Made by a program: the position numbers and the translations under genes. Positions 29,155 to 40,140 of a stretch of 64,000 nt of DNA are shown piece after piece (position 1 is the first letter of the stretch; the number at the start of each line of letters is the position of its first letter). The DNA is from Candidatus Zhuqueibacterota bacterium (lineage in GTDB: Bacteria > Zhuqueibacterota > Zhuqueibacteria > Oceanimicrobiales > Oceanimicrobiaceae), in NCBI GenBank assembly GCA_029262005.1, contig JAJDAG010000038.1, positions 180 through 64,179 of the forward strand, read 5' to 3'. Below the pieces are notes generated by a model. It was not told where the DNA came from. It saw only the letters and a list, made by a program, of their open reading frames with translations, and did no database searches.

Positions 29155-30585
29155 ATGGCAAAGGGCATTACAAAACGTTCTGTTGATTATTCCCGCTGGT
29201 ACCTGGATGTAATAGCCGCGGCACAGATGGCAGACTATGGGCCGGTCAAGGGGTGCATGGTTATCCGCCCGACCGGGTATGCGATATGGGAAGCCATGCA
29301 GAGTGAGCTGGATGCGATGTTCAAGGAAACAGGGCATGTCAACGCCTATTTTCCTCTTCTTATCCCGGAAAGTTTTTTGCAAAAAGAGGCCGAGCACGTT
29401 GAAGGGTTTGCACCGGAGTGTGCAGTGGTTACGCACGGCGGCGGCAAAAAACTTGAAGAGAGAGTTGTGATCAGGCCGACTTCGGAAACGGTAATTTGGT
29501 CGATGTATAAAAACTGGATTCAATCTTATCGTGATCTGCCTCTGCTCATTAACCAATGGGCAAACGTGGTTCGCTGGGAGATGCGTACAAGATTGTTTCT
29601 GCGTACAATGGAGTTTTTGTGGCAGGAAGGTCACACTGCTCATGCAACCTATGACGAGGCTGAAGAAGAGACGCTAAAGATCCTCGGCATTTACAAGAAT
29701 TTTGCCGAGGAATATATGGCCATGCCGGTGCTCACTGGCCTCAAAACCGAGAAAGAACGTTTTGCCGGTGCCGTGAAAACATACGCCATTGAAGCGATGA
29801 TGCAGGATCGGCGTGCTTTGCAGGCTGGAACTTCACATAATCTTGGGCAGAATTTTGCCAAAGCATTTGATGTTACCTTTCAGACAGAAAATGGTAAGTT
29901 GGAACATGTTTGGGCTACCAGTTGGGGTGTTTCCACCCGGCTGATTGGTGGCCTTATTATGACCCACAGCGATGATAATGGATTGGTTGTGCCGCCAAGA
30001 CTTGCACCTGTGCAGGTAGCGATTGTTCCTATCTGGCGAAGCGATGACGAAAAAACAGCCGTGCTGGAGCGGTTGCATGCGATTACTGCCGATTGGCAGG
30101 GCAAGATTCGCTTTAAGTTGGATGATCGCGATAACTATCGCCCTGGCTGGAAGTTCAATGAATGGGAAAAACAAGGCGTGCCTATTCGACTGGAGATGGG
30201 GCCGAAGGATTTGGCGAGCGAGGAACTGGTTATGGTTAAACGCCACTCCGGAGAAAAGGAACGCATTCCACAAAGTGCGGTTTATGAAAAAGTAAATGAA
30301 GCCCTTGAACAGGTACAACAAGAGCTTTTCGAGCGTGCGCTTGCTCACCGTGAAAAAAATTCACATTATGTGGATAGCTACAGTGAGTTGAAGGAGCGGC
30401 TCAAGGATGAAGGCGGATTCTACTATGTTCACTGGAATGGTAAGCGCGAAAGCGAGGACAAACTCCAGGAAGAAACCAAGGCCACAATCCGTGTCATTCC
30501 TTCTGACCAACCAGAAGAGAACGGACAGTGTATTTTCACCGGCGAAGCTTCCAGTCGCAGGGTTGTTGTGGCAAAGGCATATTAA
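29155..30585 (+). CDS. proS: Proline--tRNA ligase (archaeal/eukaryotic type)
   Basis: 'RPTSET', '[10 protein letters not shown]', 'EFLWQEGHT', '[12 protein letters not shown]', C-terminal 'AKAY'. Confidence 0.98.
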   Translation: MAKGITKRSVDYSRWYLDVIAAAQMADYGPVKGCMVIRPTGYAIWEAMQSELDAMFKETGHVNAYFPLLIPESFLQKEAEHVEGFAPECAVVTHGGGKKLEERVVIRPTSETVIWSMYKNWIQSYRDLPLLINQWANVVRWEMRTRLFLRTMEFLWQEGHTAHATYDEAEEETLKILGIYKNFAEEYMAMPVLTGLKTEKERFAGAVKTYAIEAMMQDRRALQAGTSHNLGQNFAKAFDVTFQTENGKLEHVWATSWGVSTRLIGGLIMTHSDDNGLVVPPRLAPVQVAIVPIWRSDDEKTAVLERLHAITADWQGKIRFKLDDRDNYRPGWKFNEWEKQGVPIRLEMGPKDLASEELVMVKRHSGEKERIPQSAVYEKVNEALEQVQQELFERALAHREKNSHYVDSYSELKERLKDEGGFYYVHWNGKRESEDKLQEETKATIRVIPSDQPEENGQCIFTGEASSRRVVVAKAY

Positions 30586-30677
30586 TGGGACGAAAGAAGT
30601 TTGTTGTTGAGCATTGATTTTTCATCTTTGGCAGTTCTCCATTCTGAGTTCATCACATCTTTTGGCACATCGCAACG

Positions 30678-31586
30678 ATGAGTACCTCAATCGAAAAAAA
30701 CGTTTTTAAATCGGGCTATGTAGCCATTGTTGGCCGGCCGAATGTCGGCAAGTCAACGCTGCTGAATAATCTACTTCAGTTTAAATTGTCGTCAGTGACG
30801 CGCAAACCGCAAACGACCCGGCATCAAATTCGTGGTATTTTGCACGGTGATAACTATCAGGTCGTATTTGTAGATACGCCGGGCCTGTTGCAGCCAAAAT
30901 ACAAGCTGCAGGAAGCCATGCTCCGCGTTGCCCACAGAGCTTTGGCTGAAGCTGATTTGGTGCTTTTTATGGTGGAGGCCAGCGCCAAGCCCGATGCCAC
31001 AGACTTGAAGCATCTTGATGAGATCGTCAAGCTGACACCGCGTTTGCTTCTTGTCATCAACAAGATCGACATGATTCACAAAGAAGCCATCCTGCCGCTG
31101 ATGCAATTTTTTCATGAGAGCAAAAATATAGAGACAATTTTGCCGGTGTCAGCGCTCAAGTCTGACGGTCTGGACAGTTTGACCAAAGAAATTGTCGCGG
31201 CTTTGCCGGTAGGGGTTCCTTATTACAGCAAAGACCAAATCACCGATCATCCTGAGCGTTTTCTTGTCGCAGAAATCATTCGCGAAAAGATATTCCTCAG
31301 ATATGGTGATGAAATCCCTTATTCGACAACCGTTTCAATTGAAGAATTCAAAGAGCGTGGCAAGCATAAGGACTATGTTCGAGCCTCAATTTACGTTGAA
31401 CGCAGCAGTCAGAAGGGCATCCTGATTGGGAAAAATGGGGCGGCCCTGAAAGAAATTGGGCTCCTCGCCCGTAAGGATATTGAGGAACTAATTGGTCGCA
31501 GTGTCTATCTCGATCTGTGGGTGCGGGTTAAGGAAAAATGGCGGCAAAATGAGCTGATGTTAAAGGACTTTGGCTACTATAAGTGA
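30678..31586 (+). CDS. era: GTPase Era
   Basis: 'GRPNVGKSTL', 'PQTTR', 'DTPG', 'NKID', KH domain 'SQKGILIGKNG'. Confidence 0.97.
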   Translation: MSTSIEKNVFKSGYVAIVGRPNVGKSTLLNNLLQFKLSSVTRKPQTTRHQIRGILHGDNYQVVFVDTPGLLQPKYKLQEAMLRVAHRALAEADLVLFMVEASAKPDATDLKHLDEIVKLTPRLLLVINKIDMIHKEAILPLMQFFHESKNIETILPVSALKSDGLDSLTKEIVAALPVGVPYYSKDQITDHPERFLVAEIIREKIFLRYGDEIPYSTTVSIEEFKERGKHKDYVRASIYVERSSQKGILIGKNGAALKEIGLLARKDIEELIGRSVYLDLWVRVKEKWRQNELMLKDFGYYK

Positions 31587-31718
31587 GAGATGGCCGGCAG
31601 GAGTTGCATCATAAATAAACGGCAGGTCGCAATTCTCAAAATTATTGCTCTTGTTTCTTGGGTTCGCACATAAGTTGATTTTTCGACTTTCACAATTCCG
31701 CCTTAGGACACGGATAAA

Positions 31719-33368
31719 ATGGTCTTGCAAGCTAAGCGCATAAACAAAAAAAATATGCTTATATCGCTGTTGTTATTGTTTTCAGTCCCTCTGGTAAATT
31801 GTAAGGCACCACTCCCCAGATTGGGAATGAGCCGTCAGCCTGTCGTGCGGGTCGGCATTGTTGAACAGCGCACAAGGGTAGATTTTGCAGTGGGTAAACC
31901 GGTTGCCTTCCGTCGTGCGAACGGTGGGTATGCGCTGCGCAATGCACAAAAAGGACGCTGGAAGGTGGAGGCGTTCAACACAGTATCGGCAGAAGTTGAA
32001 TATCGATTGGTTGTTAGCACATCCAAGAACCGTTTTTCCGCTGAAGAGAGCAGAGACTCGGTTATGGATAAAGGTGTGGATGTTGTGGTGAAAAAGCGGG
32101 AGCTCAACACCCCACTGTCTATTTCTTATGCACATGATGCAGTATATCAGGTTTTGTTGAGTAAGAAGTTTAAGTCTGAAGCTGAAGCAAGGGCCCATCA
32201 GAGTAAAATTGCAGACAAAACCGTTACAGAGCTGGCTGCGCTGCCCATGGTGCAGGCTCGTGGGTTGCTTCGTTTCACGAATATAAACACGGGCCAAAGT
32301 TTTGAATCCCGGCAGCCAATCCGAATTCAAATGATGGAAGTTGAAATCGCTGACGTCGATGTTGGCAGCGGCTTCCACTGGGAAAGCAGTGAGACACGTC
32401 GTTATGACGGTATTATTGAATTTGTCCTCGATCATGCGGGAAAGGTTACCGTTGTAAACCATTTGCAGTTGGAACATTACATAAAAGGTGTTGTGCCATC
32501 TGAAATGCCTGCAAGTTTCCCGGTCGAGGCGTTGAAAGCGCAAGCAGTCACTGCCCGGGTTGAGGCGTTGGCTAAAGTAGGGCTGAGGCATCCTCAGGAT
32601 TTGTTCGACCTTTGCGATGACGTCCATTGCCAGGTGTTTAGCGGCCTGTCCAAAAGGGCTGAGGTCACGGATCGTGTTGTCGAAAGCACACGTGGGATTT
32701 TTATGATTTATCGTAACAAATTTGCCGAGGCTTTTTATGCCGGCCTTTGTGGAGGGCACACTGAAAACAATGACAATGTTTGGATGATGAGTCCCGAGCC
32801 ATATTTGCGAGGTGGGTTGGATATGTCCGGCAAATCACTTCGTACATCCCTGACACGTGAAAACAACGTCAAAAAATGGATTGATAGTAAGCCCGATGTT
32901 TATTGCAATGCGAACCGTAAAGACATCCCGAAATCAGTGAACTACGGCAAACGTTACTTCCGGTGGCAGGTTGAATATTCACGCGAGGAACTTGAAAAGA
33001 TAATTCGTGAAAAAACCGGTGAGGAATTCGGCGATTTACTCAATCTGAAACCCATAAAGCGCGGTGTCTCCGGGCGTTTGATCGAACTGGAAATTATTGG
33101 CAGTAGGCGGCATTTCCGAATTGGTAAGGAGTTGGCGATTCGCCAGGCCCTTTCTAATCGTACGCTGTACAGCGCATGTTTTTATGTGGAAAAAATAGGT
33201 TCGCAACGCGGACGGCCTGCAAAGTTTCTTCTCAAGGGTGCGGGCTGGGGGCACGGTGTAGGCATGTGTCAGGTTGGGGCTGCTGTAATGGGGCACCGCG
33301 GCAAGAAATATGATCAAATATTAACGCATTATTATAAAGGTGTTTTTCTTGAAAAACTCTATAGGTAG
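31719..33368 (+). CDS. SpoIID/LytB-domain lytic transglycosylase, probable lipoprotein
   Basis: 'VVPSEMP', 'EALKAQAVTAR', 'DDVHCQVF', 'GAGWGHGVGMCQ', 'ILTHYY'. Confidence 0.9.
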   Translation: MVLQAKRINKKNMLISLLLLFSVPLVNCKAPLPRLGMSRQPVVRVGIVEQRTRVDFAVGKPVAFRRANGGYALRNAQKGRWKVEAFNTVSAEVEYRLVVSTSKNRFSAEESRDSVMDKGVDVVVKKRELNTPLSISYAHDAVYQVLLSKKFKSEAEARAHQSKIADKTVTELAALPMVQARGLLRFTNINTGQSFESRQPIRIQMMEVEIADVDVGSGFHWESSETRRYDGIIEFVLDHAGKVTVVNHLQLEHYIKGVVPSEMPASFPVEALKAQAVTARVEALAKVGLRHPQDLFDLCDDVHCQVFSGLSKRAEVTDRVVESTRGIFMIYRNKFAEAFYAGLCGGHTENNDNVWMMSPEPYLRGGLDMSGKSLRTSLTRENNVKKWIDSKPDVYCNANRKDIPKSVNYGKRYFRWQVEYSREELEKIIREKTGEEFGDLLNLKPIKRGVSGRLIELEIIGSRRHFRIGKELAIRQALSNRTLYSACFYVEKIGSQRGRPAKFLLKGAGWGHGVGMCQVGAAVMGHRGKKYDQILTHYYKGVFLEKLYR

Positions 33369-33664
33369 GGTTTTATTATTTGACCTTTTAGCACGATATA
33401 CTAATAGGTATTGACAAAGTCTGTCGCTCCTGCGTACTCCGGAGCCGGAATGGACGAATTATTCGAGTCTTTGTCATACTTGAATCCGACCCGTTCAGCA
33501 CATGCCTTCATTTGGCTGTAAATGTAGTTGAGTTTGCCGGAGCCGCATTGACGGCGCTTCATCATGTTTCATATTTAGCTTGATTGTATTGCATTATTTA
33601 TTTATTTTTATCGAAGGGCGCTGGTGAAAAGAAATGCCGTGCCCAAAATTGCGGAGAAAACAAG

Positions 33665-34222
33665 ATGTTGATCGCGGTTCGAGTCGACAGAGTAACACTG
33701 GACGCACATACCAACAGATTTGTTGTTATACTTAGAGACGATGTACATAATCGCTGGTTACCGATTGTTGTTGGCAACACGGAAGCACAAGCAATTGCGC
33801 TTCAGCTCGAAAACGTGGCCCCACCGAGACCGCTTACGCATGACCTCATAAAAAATCTTATAGAATCAATCGAAGCGAAGATTTCCAGGGTGATCGTGAA
33901 TGATCTGCGGGAAAATACTTACTATGCTCTGATCAGCTTGAAACTTAACGGAATCAACACTGAAATCGATGCTCGCCCGAGCGATGCCATAGCGCTTGCT
34001 TTGAGAACACACGCTCCCATTTTCGTTTCTGAAGATGTGATGGAGCGCGCCTCCGTTACTGATAAAGAAACTGAAGGTGAAAAAGGTGAGGCCACGACAG
34101 CGCCCATGCCTATGAACGATCTTGACCGGCTGCAGTTAGATATGCAAAAAGCAATCTCCGATGAACGTTACGAAGATGCAGCCAGGCTGCGTGATAAAAT
34201 TAACAACCTGAAGAACACATAA
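33665..34222 (+). CDS. Bifunctional nuclease (DUF151) with C-terminal UVR domain
   Basis: 'LPIVVGNTEAQAI', 'PPRPLTHDL', 'IDARPSDAIALALR', 'ERYEDAARLRDKI'. Confidence 0.92.
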   Translation: MLIAVRVDRVTLDAHTNRFVVILRDDVHNRWLPIVVGNTEAQAIALQLENVAPPRPLTHDLIKNLIESIEAKISRVIVNDLRENTYYALISLKLNGINTEIDARPSDAIALALRTHAPIFVSEDVMERASVTDKETEGEKGEATTAPMPMNDLDRLQLDMQKAISDERYEDAARLRDKINNLKNT

Positions 34223-34519
34223 TTTTTGTAATAGATGTTTAATTTGAAAAGGCAGAGCCTCATAGTAATGCTTGAATTATAATGAATTGCTTTGTCACTT
34301 TGTTCAGGCCGGGTAGTTACCGTTTACAATCCAATAAATTATTATATTTCCCCCGTTACACTGAGTTTCTGTTTTCCCGTCAAACTTATTCCCGGCGTTT
34401 GAGATTTACTTAAGTCTTCATATCCTGTATCTGGGTGCCTGTCACTACATAGCACGGATTCAATTTTTCCCGGAAAGCTTTAGAAACATTCACCTTCAAC
34501 CAACGGAAAAGGATTAACA

Positions 34520-36256
34520 ATGCATTTGTCAAGCATCGACTGGCTCATCATAATTGCATATATGCTATTTGCGCTCGGTGTTGGTGTGTATTTTTCCCGC
34601 AAGGCAGGCAAGAGCATTAATGAGTTTTTTGTTTCCGGGCGTAACCTTCCGTGGTGGATCGCCGGCACATCGATGGTGGCGACCACTTTCGCCGTGGATA
34701 CACCGTTGTTTGTGGCGGGTGTTGTGGCAAGGGAAGGAATTGCCGGAAATTGGCTTTGGTGGAATGTCGCTGCTACGCACGTTATGGCGACTCTGTTTTT
34801 CTCCAAACTCTGGCACCGTGCCGGTATCATTACCGATCTGGAATTGCTTGAAATTCGTTACTCAGGTAAACCTGCCAGAATATTGCGGGGATTCCGGGCT
34901 CTTTGGGAGGGTATTTTACTCAATTGTATTATTATGGGTTGGGTGATGCTGGCCATGATCAAAGTCACAGGTGTTTTTGTGGATTGGCCAAAATGGAATG
35001 TGCTTTTGGTTTTGCTCAGCATCGCCTTTACCTATTCTGTGTTGTCCGGTTTCTGGGGTGTGGTCATGACGGATGTTATTCAGTTTATCATCGCAATGGC
35101 TTCAGCAGTGGTGTTGGCTGTCATTGTTGTGAATGAAAACGGAGGTATTGCCACCATTAAACTGAAACTGCATGAAATTTACGCTGATAAAACCGACCAG
35201 GTTCTCAGTTTTGTCCCGGAACTGGGATCGACTTTTTTGCCCGTCACAACATTTATTGCATTTATCACCGTGAACTGGTGGGCTGCGAAAACCGCAGATG
35301 GCGGTGGCTATCTTGCTCAACGGATGTTTTCTACCAAAAACGAAAAACACTCTTTTCTTGCTACGCTTTGGTTTACGATTGCAAACTACTGTCTTCGCCC
35401 CTGGCCGTGGATTTTGGTGGGGCTTGTGGCGTTGATTGTTTATCCCAATTTGGACGATCCCGAGCTGGCTTACCCAATGATGGTGCTGAAATATTTGCCC
35501 AGCGGTTTGCTCGGTTTAATGCTGGTTTCCTTTCTGGCTGCTTTCATGTCGACTATTGATACGCAAGTTAACTGGGGAACCTCCATTATTGTAAATGATT
35601 TTTACAAGGCATTTATACGCACCGATGGATCTGATAAGCACTATGTACAGGTTTCGAGAGTCGTAACTTTTCTGATGTTGGCGCTCGGCACATGCACGAC
35701 CATGTTGATGACTTCAATTAAAGGAGGGTGGGAGCTTTTTTACGGGATGTCCGCCGGAATTGGTGGTGTTTATATCGCGCGTTGGTTTTGGTGGCGTGTA
35801 AATGCATGGTCCGAGATTTCAGCCTGGCTATCTGCGGCGTTGGCTTATTTCACGCTCTATTTTATTCATCAGAGTCAACCCACGGAATTTTACTCTGTTT
35901 ATGGTTGGCGTTTGATCATTGTTACCGGGTTCTCCACTGTTTGCTGGTTGACCGCTACATTTCTCACCGCACCGGTTGCAGAGAAGAAGTTGATTACTTT
36001 CTATGAAAAAGTTAAGCCGGGCTCGCCATTCTGGAAGCCCATTGCTGCGAAGGCAAAGGTGGGACACGTTGCAATGTATGGCTTCAAGGATCTGTTGTCC
36101 TGGCTGGCCGGTATCATTGCAGTTTATGCCTTCCTGTTTGGAATCGGAAAAATAGTGCTTGGCTTTCCGGGAACAGGTTTAATTTATCTGTTAGTCGGCG
36201 GCCTTGCCGGGGCCTGGGGTTTTCGCTTGCTGTCGAAAGACATTGTCACGGAGTAA
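34520..36256 (+). CDS. Sodium:solute symporter family transporter
   Basis: 'FFVSGRNLPWW', 'SMVATTFAVDTP', 'YLAQRM', 'AAFMSTID'; about 14 TM segments. Confidence 0.92.
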   Translation: MHLSSIDWLIIIAYMLFALGVGVYFSRKAGKSINEFFVSGRNLPWWIAGTSMVATTFAVDTPLFVAGVVAREGIAGNWLWWNVAATHVMATLFFSKLWHRAGIITDLELLEIRYSGKPARILRGFRALWEGILLNCIIMGWVMLAMIKVTGVFVDWPKWNVLLVLLSIAFTYSVLSGFWGVVMTDVIQFIIAMASAVVLAVIVVNENGGIATIKLKLHEIYADKTDQVLSFVPELGSTFLPVTTFIAFITVNWWAAKTADGGGYLAQRMFSTKNEKHSFLATLWFTIANYCLRPWPWILVGLVALIVYPNLDDPELAYPMMVLKYLPSGLLGLMLVSFLAAFMSTIDTQVNWGTSIIVNDFYKAFIRTDGSDKHYVQVSRVVTFLMLALGTCTTMLMTSIKGGWELFYGMSAGIGGVYIARWFWWRVNAWSEISAWLSAALAYFTLYFIHQSQPTEFYSVYGWRLIIVTGFSTVCWLTATFLTAPVAEKKLITFYEKVKPGSPFWKPIAAKAKVGHVAMYGFKDLLSWLAGIIAVYAFLFGIGKIVLGFPGTGLIYLLVGGLAGAWGFRLLSKDIVTE

Positions 36257-36359
36257 AGGCATTGTGTCTACCTCTTTTTAGTGCAAGGCAGCCAATTTAT
36301 TGTTATGAACGGGCTTTTCAAGCCCATGAAATTATTTTAATTTAACGAGATATAAATTT

Positions 36360-38555
36360 TTGAAAAAGAATATTCTAAAAAAAGTTCAGGGTCTCCTGGA
36401 TACTTATCCACATCGCACTTTCAAGCCGAAGGAAATGGCCCGAAAACTCGGCGTCACAAAAGCGGAATACCAGGATTTTCGCGACTTGATAAAACAGGCG
36501 GCTCGTGAGGGGAAAATTGCCAAACATCGCGGCAACAATTTTGGCGCGACTAATCAGACAACTATGGCTGAAGGTGAGCTTCACGTAAAAACGCAAGGGT
36601 ATGGGTTTTTAATTACCGAAGACGGCGAGGAAGACGTTTTTATCAGTCAAAGAAATATGGGTACGGCTTTGAATAAGGACATTGTCCTGGTTCAGCTTTA
36701 CGCACAATCCAGGGGGAAAAGCCATGAAGGTCGGGTGGTTGAGGTTGTGAAACGAGCCCGCCAACAAATGGTTGGCACTTACCAGAAAAGTCGCAACTAT
36801 GGGCATGTTGTGCCGGACGACATAAAAATGCAGCGCGATATTTTTGTTCCGGAGGGCATGGATTTGAAGGCAAAGTCCGGGCATAAAGTCGTCGTAAAAT
36901 TAACATTTTGGGAAGACGAGCGCAGCAACCCTGAAGGGGAAATTGTTGAAGTTCTCGGTTTTCCGGACGACCCGGGAGTGGATGTCATGTCCGTGATTAA
37001 GGCGTTTGATTTACCGACGAGTTTTCCGCAGGAAGTGGAAGAAGAGGCAGGTGCCATTTCCGAGAAAATTCCGGCCAAAGAAATTGCACGCCGTCTTGAC
37101 CTGCGCGATGATATTTGTATTACCATTGACCCGGATGATGCCAAAGATTTCGATGATGCTGTTTCGCTGCGGCAACTCAAAAACGGCAACTGGGAGCTGG
37201 GCGTGCATATCGCTGATGTCAGTTATTACGCAACCCCCGGCACAAAACTCGATCGAGAGGCGCTCAGGCGGGGAACATCTGTCTATTTGGTTGATCAGGT
37301 TGTGCCCATGTTGCCGGAGAAACTTAGCAACCATATTTGCAGTTTACGTCCAGAAGTAGATCGCCTGACATTTAGTTGCATTATGGAAGTGACACCCGGG
37401 GGCCGTGTTGCCGGTTATAAAATAGCGGAAACCGTCATTCACAGCAAGCGCCGGTTTACTTATGAAGAGGTGCAAACCATCATTGATGGCGGCGGCGAAG
37501 ATTTGCCATTTACCAGTGAAGTCAAGGCCATGCATAAGCTCAGCAAAATATTTATTAAGAAGCGAGCACAGCTTGGTAGCCTCGATTTTAACTTGCCGGA
37601 GGTCAAGGTTGAGCTCGACAAGGAAGGTGTTCCCATCGCCATTAAAAAACGTGAGCGATTGGACAGTCATCGCCTGGTCGAAGAATTTATGTTGCTGGCA
37701 AATCAAACCGTTACGGAGCACGTAACGCTCAAACTCGGCGAAAAAGGCAGAGTGCCGCCATTTATTTTTCGTATACATGAAGAACCAACGCATGAAAAAA
37801 TAGAAGATTTCCGCAAGTATGTAAAGACGTTCGGACGCCCGCTTGACCCCGGTAAACAGGTGACGGCCAAACTCCTGGGTGCGTATCTAAAGAGTTTGAA
37901 AGGCGAGCCGGAAGAAGCTGTTGTGCAAAAATTAATGTTGCGCTCAATGATGAAAGCCAAATATTCCATTGATAATTGTGGGCACTTTGGTCTTGGGTTC
38001 AAGCATTATACCCATTTCACTTCACCGATCCGGCGCTATCCTGACTTGGAGGTGCACCGGCTGTTGAAAGAGTACTTGCTCCCTTATGACTTCAAGGATG
38101 TGACGGCCGAAAAGAAGCGCATTAGTCAGATTGCTCAAATATCGTCAGATCGTGAGTTGGTGGCATTGGAAGCAGAACGCGAGTCAATTAAGCTGAAAAA
38201 AGTTGAATTCATGCAGCGGCACCTTGGCAGTGAATTCGACGGTGTTATTTCGGGTGTGGTTGCATTTGGTATTTTTGTTGAATTGTGCGATCTTTTAGTG
38301 GAAGGTCTGGTGCATATTTCCGACCTGGAAGATGATTATTATATGCATGATGAAAAAAATCATCAGCTTATTGGACAGACGAACCAGCATACTTATCGTC
38401 TAGGCGATACGGTGCGCGTAAAAGTCGTGCGTGTTGCTGTTGATGAACGTGTGATTGATTTTGTTCTGGCTGCAAAGAATGAAGAGGAAAAGCCGGAAAA
38501 GAAGCGTCTCCAGGGCTCGCCGTGGCGAAGCAGTTCTAAGCGGACAGGTAGATGA
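36360..38555 (+). CDS. rnr: Ribonuclease R
   Basis: N-terminal HTH and CSD; RNB 'TIDPDDAKDFDDA', 'LVEEFMLLAN', 'YTHFTSPIRRYPDL'; S1 domain; basic tail. Confidence 0.96.
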   Translation: MKKNILKKVQGLLDTYPHRTFKPKEMARKLGVTKAEYQDFRDLIKQAAREGKIAKHRGNNFGATNQTTMAEGELHVKTQGYGFLITEDGEEDVFISQRNMGTALNKDIVLVQLYAQSRGKSHEGRVVEVVKRARQQMVGTYQKSRNYGHVVPDDIKMQRDIFVPEGMDLKAKSGHKVVVKLTFWEDERSNPEGEIVEVLGFPDDPGVDVMSVIKAFDLPTSFPQEVEEEAGAISEKIPAKEIARRLDLRDDICITIDPDDAKDFDDAVSLRQLKNGNWELGVHIADVSYYATPGTKLDREALRRGTSVYLVDQVVPMLPEKLSNHICSLRPEVDRLTFSCIMEVTPGGRVAGYKIAETVIHSKRRFTYEEVQTIIDGGGEDLPFTSEVKAMHKLSKIFIKKRAQLGSLDFNLPEVKVELDKEGVPIAIKKRERLDSHRLVEEFMLLANQTVTEHVTLKLGEKGRVPPFIFRIHEEPTHEKIEDFRKYVKTFGRPLDPGKQVTAKLLGAYLKSLKGEPEEAVVQKLMLRSMMKAKYSIDNCGHFGLGFKHYTHFTSPIRRYPDLEVHRLLKEYLLPYDFKDVTAEKKRISQIAQISSDRELVALEAERESIKLKKVEFMQRHLGSEFDGVISGVVAFGIFVELCDLLVEGLVHISDLEDDYYMHDEKNHQLIGQTNQHTYRLGDTVRVKVVRVAVDERVIDFVLAAKNEEEKPEKKRLQGSPWRSSSKRTGR

Positions 38556-39051
38556 TTTCCGGTGTAAAAGAACCGTTTTCGAAGATGTGGATCAAGCCAA
38601 CTGCCGGGCGTAATGAAAAACGACGTTTTCCAGCCGAACCGGGATTAAAAAGGTAAATATCTTCTAAACGTTCCAGTTTTGCTGAGTGTGTGTGCCCGTA
38701 AATGAGTATGTCGAGCTTGCCGTTTAACTGTCCGTTTACTGTGTTCTGAATGTTTGATGTTTTCAGGCTGACAAGCTGGTGCAACATGCAAATGTGAACA
38801 TCATTAATTGCCACCGCAAAAACTTCCGGATATCGGGTTGTTAGTGGAAAAGTATCGACGTTGCCATACACGGCATATACCGGAGCCAGTGCTTCTAACG
38901 CAGTGATCACATCTTCGTTACCGATGTCACCTGCGTGAAGAATCATGTCCACGTTTTCGAACACAGGAAACACCTGTGGGTTGGTGTAGCCATGATTGTC
39001 TGAAATAACACCTATTGTGTGCACAATGTTTGATGTTTTTGATTTTGTCAT
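38536..39051 (-). CDS. YfcE/MJ0936-family metallophosphoesterase
   Basis: 'ISDNHG', 'HAGDIG', 'GNVD', 'GHTH', 'NPGSAG'. Confidence 0.9.
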   Translation of the reverse strand: MTKSKTSNIVHTIGVISDNHGYTNPQVFPVFENVDMILHAGDIGNEDVITALEALAPVYAVYGNVDTFPLTTRYPEVFAVAINDVHICMLHQLVSLKTSNIQNTVNGQLNGKLDILIYGHTHSAKLERLEDIYLFNPGSAGKRRFSLRPAVGLIHIFENGSFTPEIIYLSA

Positions 39052-39089
39052 CTTGGTTTAGTGGAATAGAGTCGCTGCAAAATTGATTC

Positions 39090-39404
39090 TTGAAAATGTC
39101 TAAAAATAAGCAGTCATCTGATAAAGACGAACAAATTCCAGACTATGTTGTTATCACCGATCGGCTTGATTTACATGGGTTTTTCCCGGAGCAAATCGCA
39201 GAGGTCGTAGATGAGTTTGTCAGAAATGCGGTTGAACTCAAGCTGGACCAGGTTCAGATAATTCACGGCAAGGGCAAAAGCAAGCTGAAATATTTGGTGC
39301 GAAAGCAACTGCAAAAGAACCCGCATGTGTTGGAATTTGCTGATGCGCCGCCTGAACTCGGTGGCTGGGGTAGAACCCTGGTGCTTCTCAAATTAGACGC
39401 CTGA
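39090..39404 (+). CDS. Stand-alone Smr/MutS2 C-terminal domain protein
   Basis: 'LDLHG', 'IIHGKGK', 'GGWGRTLV'. Confidence 0.88.
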   Translation: MKMSKNKQSSDKDEQIPDYVVITDRLDLHGFFPEQIAEVVDEFVRNAVELKLDQVQIIHGKGKSKLKYLVRKQLQKNPHVLEFADAPPELGGWGRTLVLLKLDA

Positions 39405-39457
39405 CACCTCCATATTGCTTGCGTAACATACTCTGAATTTATTCCCGAAGCATAGAT

Positions 39458-39982
39458 TTATTCCATTGCGTTAAGCGTTTTAGCAAACAGCTCAAATGTG
39501 CTTTGGTCAAACAAGCAAAAAATAACGCGCTCCAAAGTTGTCCTTCCTTGCAAATATTCAACCGTTTGCACAAGCATGATTCCGGCGCATTTTTCAACTG
39601 GATAGCCAAAAATTCCGGTGCTGATTGCTGGAAAGGCAATGCTTTTCAGGTTGTTTTCATTGGCTACGCGCAAACTGCTCATCGTGGCATTTTTCAGCTT
39701 TGTATCCTCGTCCCCTTCGCCAATTCTTGGACCGACAGCATGTATGACATGCCGCGCCGGCAATTCTCCTGCAGTCGTGATAACTGCGCCGCCAACGGGA
39801 CAGCCGCCAATACGGTCACATTCGGCTTGAATTTTTGGACCTCCTTTTTTGTCAATTGCACCCGCTACACCCGCTCCAAGGATCAGCGCAGAGTTTGCAG
39901 CATTGACAATGGCGTCGACAACCTGCTCAGTAATATCACCTTTGACAAGCTGAATCAGCTTGCCATTAACTTCCTTTTGCAT
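39458..39982 (-). CDS. Macro domain protein (YmdB-like ADP-ribose deacetylase/hydrolase)
   Basis: 'GDITEQVVDAIVNAAN', 'GAGVAGAI', 'VIHAVGP', 'AFPAISTGIFGYP'. Confidence 0.93.
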   Translation of the reverse strand: MQKEVNGKLIQLVKGDITEQVVDAIVNAANSALILGAGVAGAIDKKGGPKIQAECDRIGGCPVGGAVITTAGELPARHVIHAVGPRIGEGDEDTKLKNATMSSLRVANENNLKSIAFPAISTGIFGYPVEKCAGIMLVQTVEYLQGRTTLERVIFCLFDQSTFELFAKTLNAME

Positions 39983-40140
39983 TTATTGTGCTATTTTTTT
40001 TATATCTGCGTAGCCACCGGCATTTGTTACATGAATATATTCCATATTCGGCAAGTATCTGCAGCGTTTTCCGTCCTTCCAATGCTATTCCGGGCGGTAA
40101 ATTATTATACAAATGACATTTGTGAAATGCAAGTTGTGCG

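Noticed and set aside
31782-32759. 325-aa minus-strand ORF
   Set aside because: Antisense shadow of the SpoIID gene with no recognisable motifs.
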